Of a stretch of DNA of 64,000 bases, positions 12,613 through 20,861 are shown piece by piece. Positions within the stretch are counted from its first letter, which is position 1, and each line of letters opens with the position of its first letter. The notes under the pieces are model-generated. The model was not told the DNA's origin. It searched no databases and was given only the letters and a program-made list of their open reading frames with translations. The stretch spans positions 238,940 to 302,939 of the forward strand of contig JBAZBY010000001.1 in the NCBI GenBank assembly GCA_041671225.1, given 5' to 3'. The translations under genes and the position numbers were made by a program. The stretch comes from Patescibacteria group bacterium (lineage in GTDB: Bacteria; Patescibacteriota; Patescibacteriia; JBAZBY01).

Positions 12613-13005
12613 GGGTTACCTCTCTTGTGAAGGAAGGTGCGGGTGTTGCTTCAGCCTCGGCGTAGAAGTCGGCAGAAACTTATAACAAAACCAGCGCGGC
12701 GTCAATCCTTGCCCGCACATAGTTAAGTTGAGGGGTGCTTCGCGCAGGACAGCACCCCTCGCGGTTTCGTGGGGAGCCAAGATGCGCTACCCAGGTGCGA
12801 GACCAGGAAGCCGCGGACGCGGCTTCAGCTTCCCACCCAACCAGATGAGGTATTCAACGAGTTTGCGCATAACGCCTCCTCTGTGGATGGACGTCATAAC
12901 CATACAACAAAAAACGCGGTTCGCGAATCCCATTACAAAGAGTACACTTGCTCCCTTGTTGCGGGTGTACGCGGACATACACACACCGCAACAATATATC
13001 GCATT

Positions 13006-13058
13006 GGGGCTTCCGCATAACTTCTCATCGTGCCGGAAGCCCCTCTTATTCTTCTTCC
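13006..13058 (+). terminator. terminator-like long hairpin
   Basis: Perfect 10-bp inverted repeat GGGGCTTCCG...CGGAAGCCCC followed by TCTTATTCTTCTTCC. No obvious upstream plus-strand gene, so it could be the 3' end of an ncRNA. Confidence 0.3.
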
Positions 13059-13108
13059 TATATAAAAATCGCGCCGCGGATCAATATAGACGTCAAAAGA
13101 AAGGGGCG

Positions 13109-13561
13109 TCAGGAAATTTTCCCCAAATACCTCTGCACGCCCTCCAGATTCCCGCCGGTAAAATATTCTTCTAAGGGCAGCCCCTCAAGCTTCACCCATT
13201 GCGCGTCCGTATGCTCATTGCTTATGCGCACATCTTTTGTATTTGTCTTCCCCTCAAACAAAAGATAAAACACATGAATATCCTTACCATCCTTGGTAAC
13301 GCGGCCGGGAATGAGATGCCGTGCATAAGTAACCGGCTTCGGCTGCACAATAATATCACTAATATCGGTTTCTTCCTGCGCTTCCCGCTTCACAATCTCC
13401 AAAAGATCCGCGCCAAACTCATCGGTATTGATGCGCCCGCCGGGAAAATCCCAATAACCTTCATAGCTGCCGCCATCCACAACGCGGAGAATAAGCACCT
13501 TGCCATCAGAACTGCGCAGGATGAGTTTAAGTGAAATCTGATAGTAATCGCGCTGCGCCAT
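13109..13561 (-). CDS. NUDIX hydrolase
   Basis: Nudix box GGRINTDEFGADLLEIVKREAQEETDI (Gx5Ex7REuxEExGu). Start at the internal Met MAQRDYY. Confidence 0.75.
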   Translation of the reverse strand: MAQRDYYQISLKLILRSSDGKVLILRVVDGGSYEGYWDFPGGRINTDEFGADLLEIVKREAQEETDISDIIVQPKPVTYARHLIPGRVTKDGKDIHVFYLLFEGKTNTKDVRISNEHTDAQWVKLEGLPLEEYFTGGNLEGVQRYLGKIS

Positions 13562-13646
13562 GGAACACAGTATACCATTAAAAGAAACCGCGCCGCACAC
13601 CTATAGAGAGGGGCGGCGCGTATGGGAACCTTGCGCGTGTGCGTCG

Positions 13647-13898
13647 TCATACGGGGTTGACCCGCGCATCGGGATTGTTCCAGTCCGGATCCCGGCTCCC
13701 TTCATCGTTGACGATGCCGTTCACCAAGCCGTCCACCCAGCTATACGGAAACGTGCGAGACCCGAGCCGGACCATGGCGGACGCAACCGCCGCACCAACA
13801 GGACTTATCCAACGAACATGCGTCCAGAGGCGGCCACAACCGTCAGTGACCGTCTGGCCCTCCTTCATTCCGAGGAAGGCTTCTTTGCTGATGGCCAT
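13647..13898 (-). CDS. hypothetical protein (83 aa), translationally coupled to the upstream ORF
   Basis: ATG preceded by GGTAAGGAGGAGGCCATA. The TAA stop of the upstream ORF lies inside this SD. GC-rich. Confidence 0.5.
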   Translation of the reverse strand: MAISKEAFLGMKEGQTVTDGCGRLWTHVRWISPVGAAVASAMVRLGSRTFPYSWVDGLVNGIVNDEGSRDPDWNNPDARVNPV

Positions 13899-13911
13899 TA
13901 TGGCCTCCTCC

Positions 13912-14211
13912 TTACCGCCTCGTCACGACGAGGCTCCAGATGAGACAGTATCCGCCTTCGCGGGTACCATACCGGACCACGAACTTCTGGCTCATGCCGA
14001 GAAGCATGCGGATGCAGGGGCCGAGGAATACGACGTCAAATGCCGGCGGCGACTCGATGATGACAGCAACGTTGTCGTTCGGGTTGATGCGCTCGCCGAG
14101 GATCGTTCGTCCATCGGTCAGCGCGAGAGAAACGGAATGCATGCTGGCTGGATCCTCCAGACCGGCGGCAATCGCCATGTCGAGCTCTGCAAGCGTCAAA
14201 AGAACGGTCAT
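13912..14211 (-). CDS. hypothetical protein (99 aa)
   Basis: Start at the internal Met (MTVLLTLAELD) preceded by AAAGGGAGGGTAC (SD). First gene of a two-gene GC-rich operon. Confidence 0.45.
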   Translation of the reverse strand: MTVLLTLAELDMAIAAGLEDPASMHSVSLALTDGRTILGERINPNDNVAVIIESPPAFDVVFLGPCIRMLLGMSQKFVVRYGTREGGYCLIWSLVVTRR

Positions 14212-14305
14212 GTACCCTCCCTTTCTGCCCTTGCAACACGCACAGGCAGCAACTGACCTTAGCGTGTTGCTGCTCATCCGTCAATATCTGCTATACTTCA
14301 CGTCT

Positions 14306-14506
14306 ATGAAACATTTTCTCCTTCAGCTCATAAAGCTCATTCTCGGCGCATTCCTCGTTGCAAGCCCCTGGCTTTTCAACGCATCGGACAATGCCGGTAT
14401 CACCATCGCCAATATCGTGGTTGGCCTGCTCCTGATGTTCATGGCCTTTGCCAACTTCTGGAAACTCATGCGCAAAAAGCCGCTCGTGGGTGCGCGGGAA
14501 GAATAA
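14306..14506 (+). CDS. small membrane protein (SPW-repeat-like, 66 aa)
   Basis: Two hydrophobic helices with a VASPWLF motif. This is the C-terminal part of the long ORF 13940..14506, whose N-terminal part is antisense to the upstream operon and is rejected. Confidence 0.35.
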   Translation: MKHFLLQLIKLILGAFLVASPWLFNASDNAGITIANIVVGLLLMFMAFANFWKLMRKKPLVGAREE

Positions 14507-14597
14507 AGCCAAGAGACAGAACGCTCGTGTGTGGTAAATGAAGCATCACCTCACATGCCATTTTTAGGCTAACAAAAAACACTATTCTTTGTGAAAA

Positions 14598-14632
14598 GCA
14601 AAGTGGAGGCATTTTTCCACTTTTTTTTGTGC
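14598..14632 (+). terminator. rho-independent terminator
   Basis: AAGTGGA-GGCATTT-TCCACTT followed by TTTTTTTGTG. Confidence 0.5.
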
Positions 14633-14662
14633 GAATATTAGCAAAATAATGATAAATTTACA

Positions 14663-14691
14663 TTGACGAAAATTATCATACTATGTATGAT
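14663..14691 (+). promoter_or_regulatory. sigma70-like promoter (TTGACG-17-TATGAT) with a ~215-nt leader
   Basis: Near-consensus -35/-10 in an AT-rich gap. Downstream UTR contains hairpins AATACC-TTATCG-GGTATT and GCAATACG-AATGGAGGGC-CGTATTGC, before the RBS AAGGGGAAGGG of the PfkB kinase. Confidence 0.4.
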
Positions 14692-14911
14692 GATTTTGAT
14701 TTCATGAGGAAGTGGGTGGTTCAACAACCTTTCACTTTTTCTAATACCTTATCGGTATTGTTCATTACCAAATGCTTCTTAAGCAAACTCTGTGTAGAAG
14801 TGCAATACGAATGGAGGGCGTATTGCTGCTTACATGCAGAACGGCTTAAGAAGCACCAGGCGCATGGCGCGCCAATCAACCAAACGAACACTCCAAGGGG
14901 AAGGGTTTACC

Positions 14912-15985
14912 ATGCCGAGAAAGCACCTCGAAAGCATGCGGGGTCGTCATGTTGTTGTTCTCGGAGATGTCATCCTCGATGTCTTCACCACAGTGCGGAA
15001 GGAGCGTCCTAGCTCCGAACACCGCAAGGCCGACGGGGGGGAGGGATGGTGTCTCCAGCAGATCGGAGATTCGTCACGGATTCCTGGTGGCGCAGGCAAT
15101 ACCGCCCGCAACATCGCTTGCCTCGAAGGCAAGGTGACGCTCATCTCGGTGGTGGGCGTCGGTGATTCCGCTGAAACGCTCCAGAACATTCTGGAGTCCC
15201 ATGGCATCACCGTGGGCCTTCTGAACGATCGGGAGCGTCGGACGTCGGCCAAGTTCCGCACGATCTTCGAGAACGGAGAATACGCCGCCGACGTGCTGAA
15301 TCGGGATACTGTGGACACTCACGGAAATCCGGTTCCCATCACGGAAGCGACGGAACTCCGGGTCATTGAGCGCCTCGCCGAAACTCCGGGCAACACCGTG
15401 GTCATCACTGACAACGGGAGGGGATTCATCACCCCGGGATTGATCCGACAGGTCGTCCAGTTCTGCCAACACGAACGCCGGAAGCTCATCTACGACATCC
15501 GGCCGCGCGGGGAGAACTTCGACTTCTCGGGACTCACCGACGCCCACCTCATCACTCCCAACCGCAAGGAAGCGGCAGCACTCCTCGGTCTCCCCCCAAT
15601 CAAGAACGGGACGGACTCTGTGGAGGCCTGCCGCCAACTGGCGCTCAGGTTCAACGCCAACGTCCTGCTCACGCAAGACGGCGACGGGATGATGCTCTAC
15701 ATCCGCGACAGTGGAGAGTACTTCCACTATCCTGCCATCGGGCAAAAGGTGGTGTGCGTCTCCGGAGCAGGAGACACCGTCACTGCGGTCGTCGCCCTCG
15801 CGACGGAAGCAGGGGCAACGCTCCCTGAAGCGGCCGAGTGGGCTTCCCACGGCGCCGCAATCGCCATCGCGAAGCACGGCACCGCAGTCGTCCAGTTCAA
15901 CGAACTCGCCGCCGCAGTACTGGAAGGCGCGGATCAAATCGCGCCGGCCAGCCACGGTGGACACGCCGAAGCCATGCCGCACTGA
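14912..15985 (+). CDS. PfkB-family carbohydrate kinase (ribokinase-like; RfaE/HldE kinase-domain-like)
   Basis: N-terminal VVVLGDVILDV, a C-terminal GAGDT anion-hole motif, and an ATP-binding region AIAIAKHG. Start at the Met with RBS AAGGGGAAGGG. GC-rich (~65%). Confidence 0.72.
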   Translation: MPRKHLESMRGRHVVVLGDVILDVFTTVRKERPSSEHRKADGGEGWCLQQIGDSSRIPGGAGNTARNIACLEGKVTLISVVGVGDSAETLQNILESHGITVGLLNDRERRTSAKFRTIFENGEYAADVLNRDTVDTHGNPVPITEATELRVIERLAETPGNTVVITDNGRGFITPGLIRQVVQFCQHERRKLIYDIRPRGENFDFSGLTDAHLITPNRKEAAALLGLPPIKNGTDSVEACRQLALRFNANVLLTQDGDGMMLYIRDSGEYFHYPAIGQKVVCVSGAGDTVTAVVALATEAGATLPEAAEWASHGAAIAIAKHGTAVVQFNELAAAVLEGADQIAPASHGGHAEAMPH

Positions 15986-16177
15986 TGCATACTGCATCGG
16001 TGCACAGAACCATCTACCGCCGGGGTCCCCCTTTATGAGGGATCCCGGCGCAATTTCTATTAAACCAATTATCGTAAAAACGTCAGTGGCATTGACGCAA
16101 AACATGCATGTTGCTAAAGTGCAATGCTCATTTTGAGCATCCATCGAACCTTTCACCCCCACCGTAGCGAGGTATCC

Positions 16178-16936
16178 ATGTCGCACAAAACTCCGAGTTC
16201 CCTTCTCAGTGCTGAAGTGCTTCGTGGGCTCCACTCGCTGTGGTCCCACGCACTCATGGCGCTCCTGCGTCGCGACACTATCGCGACGTCTACCATGAAC
16301 GACACAGAACTCGCGCAGGAACTCCAGCGGGTTTCACGGCTCGCACTCGGCAGTGCCATCGCAGCTCCATACGGCTTCGTTATTCTCTCAGCCCCCTCCG
16401 GCGGAGGTAAGGGAACCATCGGCAAGGAACTGCAAACCCATGGCTTCTCTCGACTTCCAAGAGTAACGACGCGTGCACCGCGTCCGGGAGAGGTCGACGG
16501 AATCGACTACATCTTCCTATCGCGGAAGCGCTTCACGGCCCTTGCGGATGCGGGAGCATTCCTGCAAACCGCAGAAACGCATGAGGAACTCCGAGGAACG
16601 CTCCGGGAAGAATTCCGCCGTCTCGTTCGCTCTGAAAAACCCTTCTACGTTGAGGGGAGTCTGGGCGGGTACGAACAATTCCTCAGTCATGAGGAAGTCC
16701 GTGCGGCGCATCCACTGTCCGTGTTCCTGCTGCCTCCCTCATTCGATGTACTCGCACAACGTCTCGGTGCGCGCTCGGATGACGACATGACCCCGCGTGA
16801 ATTCGAAGGCCGCCTCAACAAGGCCATCGAGCACCTCAGACGCGCCAACGACCTCCCCTATGACGTCTTCTACGTCAATGACATCATCCCTGATGTCACC
16901 GGGAGAATCCTGGCAGACTTCAACCCGCGGCGCTAA
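16178..16936 (+). CDS. guanylate-kinase-like P-loop kinase, paralog A (long N-terminal extension)
   Basis: Motifs VILSAPSGGGKGTIG (non-canonical P-loop), RVTTRAPRPGEVDGIDYIF (Gmk signature), LSVFLLPPSF. About 95 residues precede the P-loop. GC-rich. Confidence 0.65.
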   Translation: MSHKTPSSLLSAEVLRGLHSLWSHALMALLRRDTIATSTMNDTELAQELQRVSRLALGSAIAAPYGFVILSAPSGGGKGTIGKELQTHGFSRLPRVTTRAPRPGEVDGIDYIFLSRKRFTALADAGAFLQTAETHEELRGTLREEFRRLVRSEKPFYVEGSLGGYEQFLSHEEVRAAHPLSVFLLPPSFDVLAQRLGARSDDDMTPREFEGRLNKAIEHLRRANDLPYDVFYVNDIIPDVTGRILADFNPRR

Positions 16937-17015
16937 GACGGGCGTCGACGCATCGCACTACGCGCACCCCTCAGCTTCTGGGGGGTGCGTTTCACATACC
17001 TTAACTTTTCCCATA

Positions 17016-17819
17016 CTACCTTTGTATTGCCCGCACGCCAAGTATGCGCAACTCCTTAAGTGCGGCCGCATGAAGCTTTGGATTTGCCGCAACAATACGA
17101 TGCACATCCTGAGAAAACGCGGGAATCTCCTTGCCGCGGTGATCTGTTAACCGCCCACCAGCTTCCGTGATAACACGAGAGGCAGCGGCAATATCCAAAA
17201 AGGACGTGTCGCACGTCTCAATATCAAAATTACCACTCGCAACGCGCGTGAGATTCCATACAGTACCGCTGATGTAACGAATTTTTGATGAGGCTTTTGC
17301 AAAATGGGAAAAAATGCGTATTCCTTGACGCTCAAACTGCGGAGTGCGGGACCACCACTCACAACAAACAAAGGCCTTCTCAATGGTCTTTTTTGAACCA
17401 ACGTGAATCTTCTTGCCGTTGCGCGTCGCTCCTTTATGAAACTCACCAACATACACTTCATTCGTGATGGGGTTTGAAATAACGCCAAGAATGACGCGCT
17501 TGCGATGCACAAGCGCAATGGAAACGCTCACGCATGGGATTTCGCGCGAGAAGTTTGTTGTCCCGTCAATCGGATCAATGACCCATGTATATTCACTCGT
17601 ACCCTGATGTATTCCAGCCTCCTCGGAATGCACATTGTATGAGGGAAAATGTTTGCGGAGAATCTGCAGAATTCTTTTTTCTGATGCGAGATCGGTATCA
17701 GTCACCACATCCTTCGGATTACCATTCTTTGCCATCACTCGCTGAACCATTCCAAACTTGCTCCGGACGATTCTACTTGCGGCCTCCGCCGCCTGAAGTG
17801 CAATTGGAATTTCGCGCAT
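17016..17819 (-). CDS. inositol monophosphatase-family phosphatase (IMPase/FBPase/CysQ-like)
   Basis: Motifs EEAG..., WVIDPIDGTTNF, and the C-terminal metal-site DxxAA-like region. Located 11 nt downstream of GK-like paralog B on the same strand. Confidence 0.8.
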   Translation of the reverse strand: MREIPIALQAAEAASRIVRSKFGMVQRVMAKNGNPKDVVTDTDLASEKRILQILRKHFPSYNVHSEEAGIHQGTSEYTWVIDPIDGTTNFSREIPCVSVSIALVHRKRVILGVISNPITNEVYVGEFHKGATRNGKKIHVGSKKTIEKAFVCCEWWSRTPQFERQGIRIFSHFAKASSKIRYISGTVWNLTRVASGNFDIETCDTSFLDIAAASRVITEAGGRLTDHRGKEIPAFSQDVHRIVAANPKLHAAALKELRILGVRAIQR

Positions 17820-17830
17820 AATGTTAGGGG

Positions 17831-18598
17831 TTAGTCTTTCTCAAAATCACTTATAATCGCACTCGCAGCGCGCGCTGCGGTATCGTTCACGTAATACGTA
17901 TGATAAGGATAGTGCTGGGTCTTCTGTAAATGTGCAATGGCCATTGTGAGTCGTTCAATCATCTCCTCTTCTGTGATTGAGTCTGCGCGCCCTCGTAATC
18001 GCTCCTCAAGTACAATAAACGAAGGCGGCAAAAGGAAAACAGAAAGGTAGCGGGATGCTTTTACATCAGGATGTGCTAAAAATTCAAGATATGCTCCCGC
18101 GCTTCCCTCAATGTAAAACCTCTTCCCTTCCTGAATATATTTCTGAAAAAGCTCCCGTGAAGCCCCGCGAAATTCCCCATGTGTCGTTGCTGTCTGCAGG
18201 AACTTTCCATCCTCCTTCATTTTAAGAAACGTTTCCCGGTCTACAAAAATATAATCAACTCCGTCCACTTCTCCCGGGCGTGGTTCGCGAGTCGTCACCC
18301 TTGGCATGCGTATAAAATGTTGCTCACCAAGTAGCGCGCCAATGGTTCCCTTCCCGCCACCCGAGGGAGCAGACACGATAACAAACTGTCGCTGCCCTTG
18401 TTCTGGGGTCAATGCCTTCCGCGTAATCTGCTCCAAAATTTCCGGAGCTTCCTGAAGAAGCTTTTCATGTGGGGCATCGGGTATATGCACTCCAAGCTCC
18501 TTTGCCTTGCGCTTGAGAATTTCAACAAGTGTCTCATCCCACTGTTCGTGTAATGCGATGATCTCATCCTTGTGTTGCTCCCCGGAATGTGTGCTCAT
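17831..18598 (-). CDS. guanylate-kinase-like P-loop kinase, paralog B
   Basis: Motifs VIVSAPSGGGKGTIGALL, RVTTREPRPGEVDGVDYIF, LSVFLLPPSF. Start chosen at MSTHSGE, by analogy with paralog A (MSHKTPS). About 47% GC versus ~60% for paralog A. Confidence 0.65.
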   Translation of the reverse strand: MSTHSGEQHKDEIIALHEQWDETLVEILKRKAKELGVHIPDAPHEKLLQEAPEILEQITRKALTPEQGQRQFVIVSAPSGGGKGTIGALLGEQHFIRMPRVTTREPRPGEVDGVDYIFVDRETFLKMKEDGKFLQTATTHGEFRGASRELFQKYIQEGKRFYIEGSAGAYLEFLAHPDVKASRYLSVFLLPPSFIVLEERLRGRADSITEEEMIERLTMAIAHLQKTQHYPYHTYYVNDTAARAASAIISDFEKD

Positions 18599-18689
18599 AA
18601 TGATGTGTAGCAGAAAGCAGTGTATCATCTGCGCAGATGCCAAAGCAACATTGCAGAACAGGCACTTTCACGATACAGTGAGGTTGCAT

Positions 18690-19526
18690 ATGCCTGATTC
18701 CCGCCGACAACGCATCACCATCACCATTCGAGAGGATCTCCTCCCGCTCGTTGACGGGCTCGTTGACGGGCGCAAGATCCGCAACCGTTCACATGCCATT
18801 GAATCCGTTTTGGATAAAGAACTCAGTTCACGGGTAAAATCTGCGTTGGTTCTGGCTGGCGGAGAGGGCGTAAAAATGCGCCCCTTTACGTACGAAATGC
18901 CAAAAACCATGATTCCGCTCAATGGCAAGCCCATACTCGAATATGTTGTTTTACAACTGCAAGAAAACGGTTTCAAAAATATATCAATTGTGATCGGTAA
19001 GCTTGGTGAACAGATTGAAAAACATTTTGGAAATGGCGAAAAATTCGGTGTGCAGATCAACTATATAAAAGAAAAGGAGCCCAAAGGAACAGGCGCCGCA
19101 ATTCGCCTTGCAAAGGGTCAGTTTGAGGGAACCTTTCTTGTGATGTATGGCGATGTGCTCATTAATATGAACCTCCGCGAGTTTGTGAACTTTCATCTCA
19201 AACACAGCGCTGTCGCTTCTGCTGCCGTCACCACGACGGATGATCCCACGGAATATGGCGCGCTACGCCTTCATGGTTCATACATAGTGGAATACAAAGA
19301 AAAACCAAAAAAAGGAAAAGGGCTTTCGCATATGGTGAGTGCAGGTGTCTACGTTATGGAGCCTGCTATTTTTGCTGAAATGGATGCACATACGAGAAGC
19401 CTGGAACGTGATATCTTCCCAAAACTCGTGCAAGAAAAAACACTTCTCGGGTATCCTTTTGACGGCGCGTGGTTCGATATTAGCACCCCAGAAAATTACG
19501 AACGGGCGCGAGAAGAGTGGAAATAA
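18690..19526 (+). CDS. ribbon-helix-helix domain fused to a sugar-1-phosphate nucleotidyltransferase (NDP-sugar pyrophosphorylase)
   Basis: N-terminal QRITITIREDLLPLVDGLVDGRKIRNRSHAIESVLDKEL fits the CopG/Arc beta-alpha-alpha pattern. It continues in-frame into LAGGEGVKMRPFT (the LAGGxGxR NTase motif) and the MYGDVLINMN/GAWFDIG core. RBS GTGAGGT. Confidence 0.65.
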   Translation: MPDSRRQRITITIREDLLPLVDGLVDGRKIRNRSHAIESVLDKELSSRVKSALVLAGGEGVKMRPFTYEMPKTMIPLNGKPILEYVVLQLQENGFKNISIVIGKLGEQIEKHFGNGEKFGVQINYIKEKEPKGTGAAIRLAKGQFEGTFLVMYGDVLINMNLREFVNFHLKHSAVASAAVTTTDDPTEYGALRLHGSYIVEYKEKPKKGKGLSHMVSAGVYVMEPAIFAEMDAHTRSLERDIFPKLVQEKTLLGYPFDGAWFDISTPENYERAREEWK

Positions 19527-19669
19527 TGAAATACGGCTATGGCCGGTCACGCCTGACGCTTTACCCCTTTGCCAAGTGCACGGGGATTTGCTTCAATGAG
19601 TGAATCATGAAAAGAAAAGAAGGCGCTCATGAATAACCCAAAGAGCGTTTTGCATTATACATACCATCA

Positions 19670-20857
19670 ATGAATAGCACACTTCAGAAAATTGTCAGTG
19701 AGACGCTCCACGAGATCGATGCAAAGGGACTCATGAAACGGGAGAAGGAATTCACGTCACCCCAAGGTGCAGAAATTATTATCGATGGTAAAACGGTCAT
19801 CAGTTTTTGTGCAAACAATTATCTTGGCCTCGCCAACGACCCTGTTGTAAAGAACGCTATCCGCGAATCATTGGATACCGTTGGATTCGGACTCTCCTCT
19901 GTGCGATTCATCGTGGGCACACAAGAACAGCATCGCGCGTTAGAAAAGGAACTTGCCGCGTTTGTAGGGCAGCCGGAAGTAATCCTTTATTCTTCATGCT
20001 TTGATGCGAACGGCGGTCTGTTTGAAACACTTCTCGGCCCTGATGACGCCATCATCTCCGATGCCCTGAATCATGCCAGCATCATCGACGGCACGCGGCT
20101 TTGCAAGGCAGAACGCCTCATCTACGCACACAGCGATATGGCGAATCTGGAAGAAAAACTCAAAAGTGCACAGGGCAAGCGTGTGCGCATGATCGCAACG
20201 GACGGCGTCTTCAGTATGGACGGCGAAATCGCAAAGCTCAAAGAAATTTGTGATCTCGCTGAACGTTATGATGCTGCGGTCATGGTGGATGACTCCCATG
20301 GAACCGGCCTCATCGGAGCAAGCGGCAAAGGCTCATTGGAAGTGACTGACACCATACACCGGATCGATATCCTCACTTCCACCCTTGGCAAAGCGCTTGG
20401 CGGCGCATCCGGCGGCTTCACCGCTGCGAGCCCTGATGTGGTGCACCTGCTCCGACAACGTTCCCGGCCGTATCTCTTTTCCAACTCCGTGGCGCCGCTT
20501 GTGGTTGCGGCAACACGCGCCGTACTCACAAACACCGTGCTGCTCCAAGAACGCCGGGAAATGCTCAAAAAGAATACGGAGATCTTCCGCGCAAGGATGA
20601 CAGCACTCGGCTTCACTATTCCTCAAGGCGTGCACCCCATTGTCCCGGTGATGCTTGGTGATGCGCACATTGCACGCGCAATGGCAGAAGGGCTTCTTGA
20701 GCATGGAATCTTTGCCGTTGGCTTCTGGTATCCCGTGGTGCCGGAGGGCAAAGCGCGCATCCGCGTGCAGCTCTCGGCGCTCCATACGCCGAAACACATT
20801 GCACGCGCAGTAGCGGCATTTGAATCCGTCGGAAAACAATTACACATCATCTCATAA
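19670..20857 (+). CDS. kbl: 2-amino-3-ketobutyrate CoA ligase (glycine C-acetyltransferase)
   Basis: Near-colinear similarity to E. coli Kbl: FCANNYLGLAN, SVRFICGTQ, ILYSSCFDANGGLFETLLG, DALNHASIIDG, PLP-lysine TLGKALGGASGG, RQRSRPYLFSN. Confidence 0.85.
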   Translation: MNSTLQKIVSETLHEIDAKGLMKREKEFTSPQGAEIIIDGKTVISFCANNYLGLANDPVVKNAIRESLDTVGFGLSSVRFIVGTQEQHRALEKELAAFVGQPEVILYSSCFDANGGLFETLLGPDDAIISDALNHASIIDGTRLCKAERLIYAHSDMANLEEKLKSAQGKRVRMIATDGVFSMDGEIAKLKEICDLAERYDAAVMVDDSHGTGLIGASGKGSLEVTDTIHRIDILTSTLGKALGGASGGFTAASPDVVHLLRQRSRPYLFSNSVAPLVVAATRAVLTNTVLLQERREMLKKNTEIFRARMTALGFTIPQGVHPIVPVMLGDAHIARAMAEGLLEHGIFAVGFWYPVVPEGKARIRVQLSALHTPKHIARAVAAFESVGKQLHIIS

Positions 20858-20861
20858 ATCT

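Noticed and set aside
12289-12630. 113-aa plus-strand ORF overlapping the 12298..12612 minus-strand ORF
   Set aside because: It has no RBS and is His/Arg/Leu/Pro-biased. The minus-strand ORF has a GAGAGG SD at correct spacing.
12728-13268. ORFs 12728..13174, 12769..13020 and 12948..13268 in the non-coding gap before the NUDIX gene
   Set aside because: They overlap each other in different frames, carry Arg/Pro/Ser-rich low-complexity sequence, and have no RBS. The region is better explained as non-coding with hairpins; see the ncRNA-candidate finding.
13940-14305. N-terminal two-thirds of the 188-aa ORF 13940..14506
   Set aside because: This part is antisense to the SD-supported operon 13647..14211 and is Arg/Ser/Pro-rich. 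Only the C-terminal 66-aa SPW-like membrane segment (from the ATG at 14306) is retained.
15074-16249. 391-aa minus-strand ORF spanning the PfkB kinase and GK-like A genes
   Set aside because: It is antisense to two genes with clear family signatures. It is Arg/Gly/Asp-rich, as expected for an open antisense frame in ~65% GC DNA, and has no start context.
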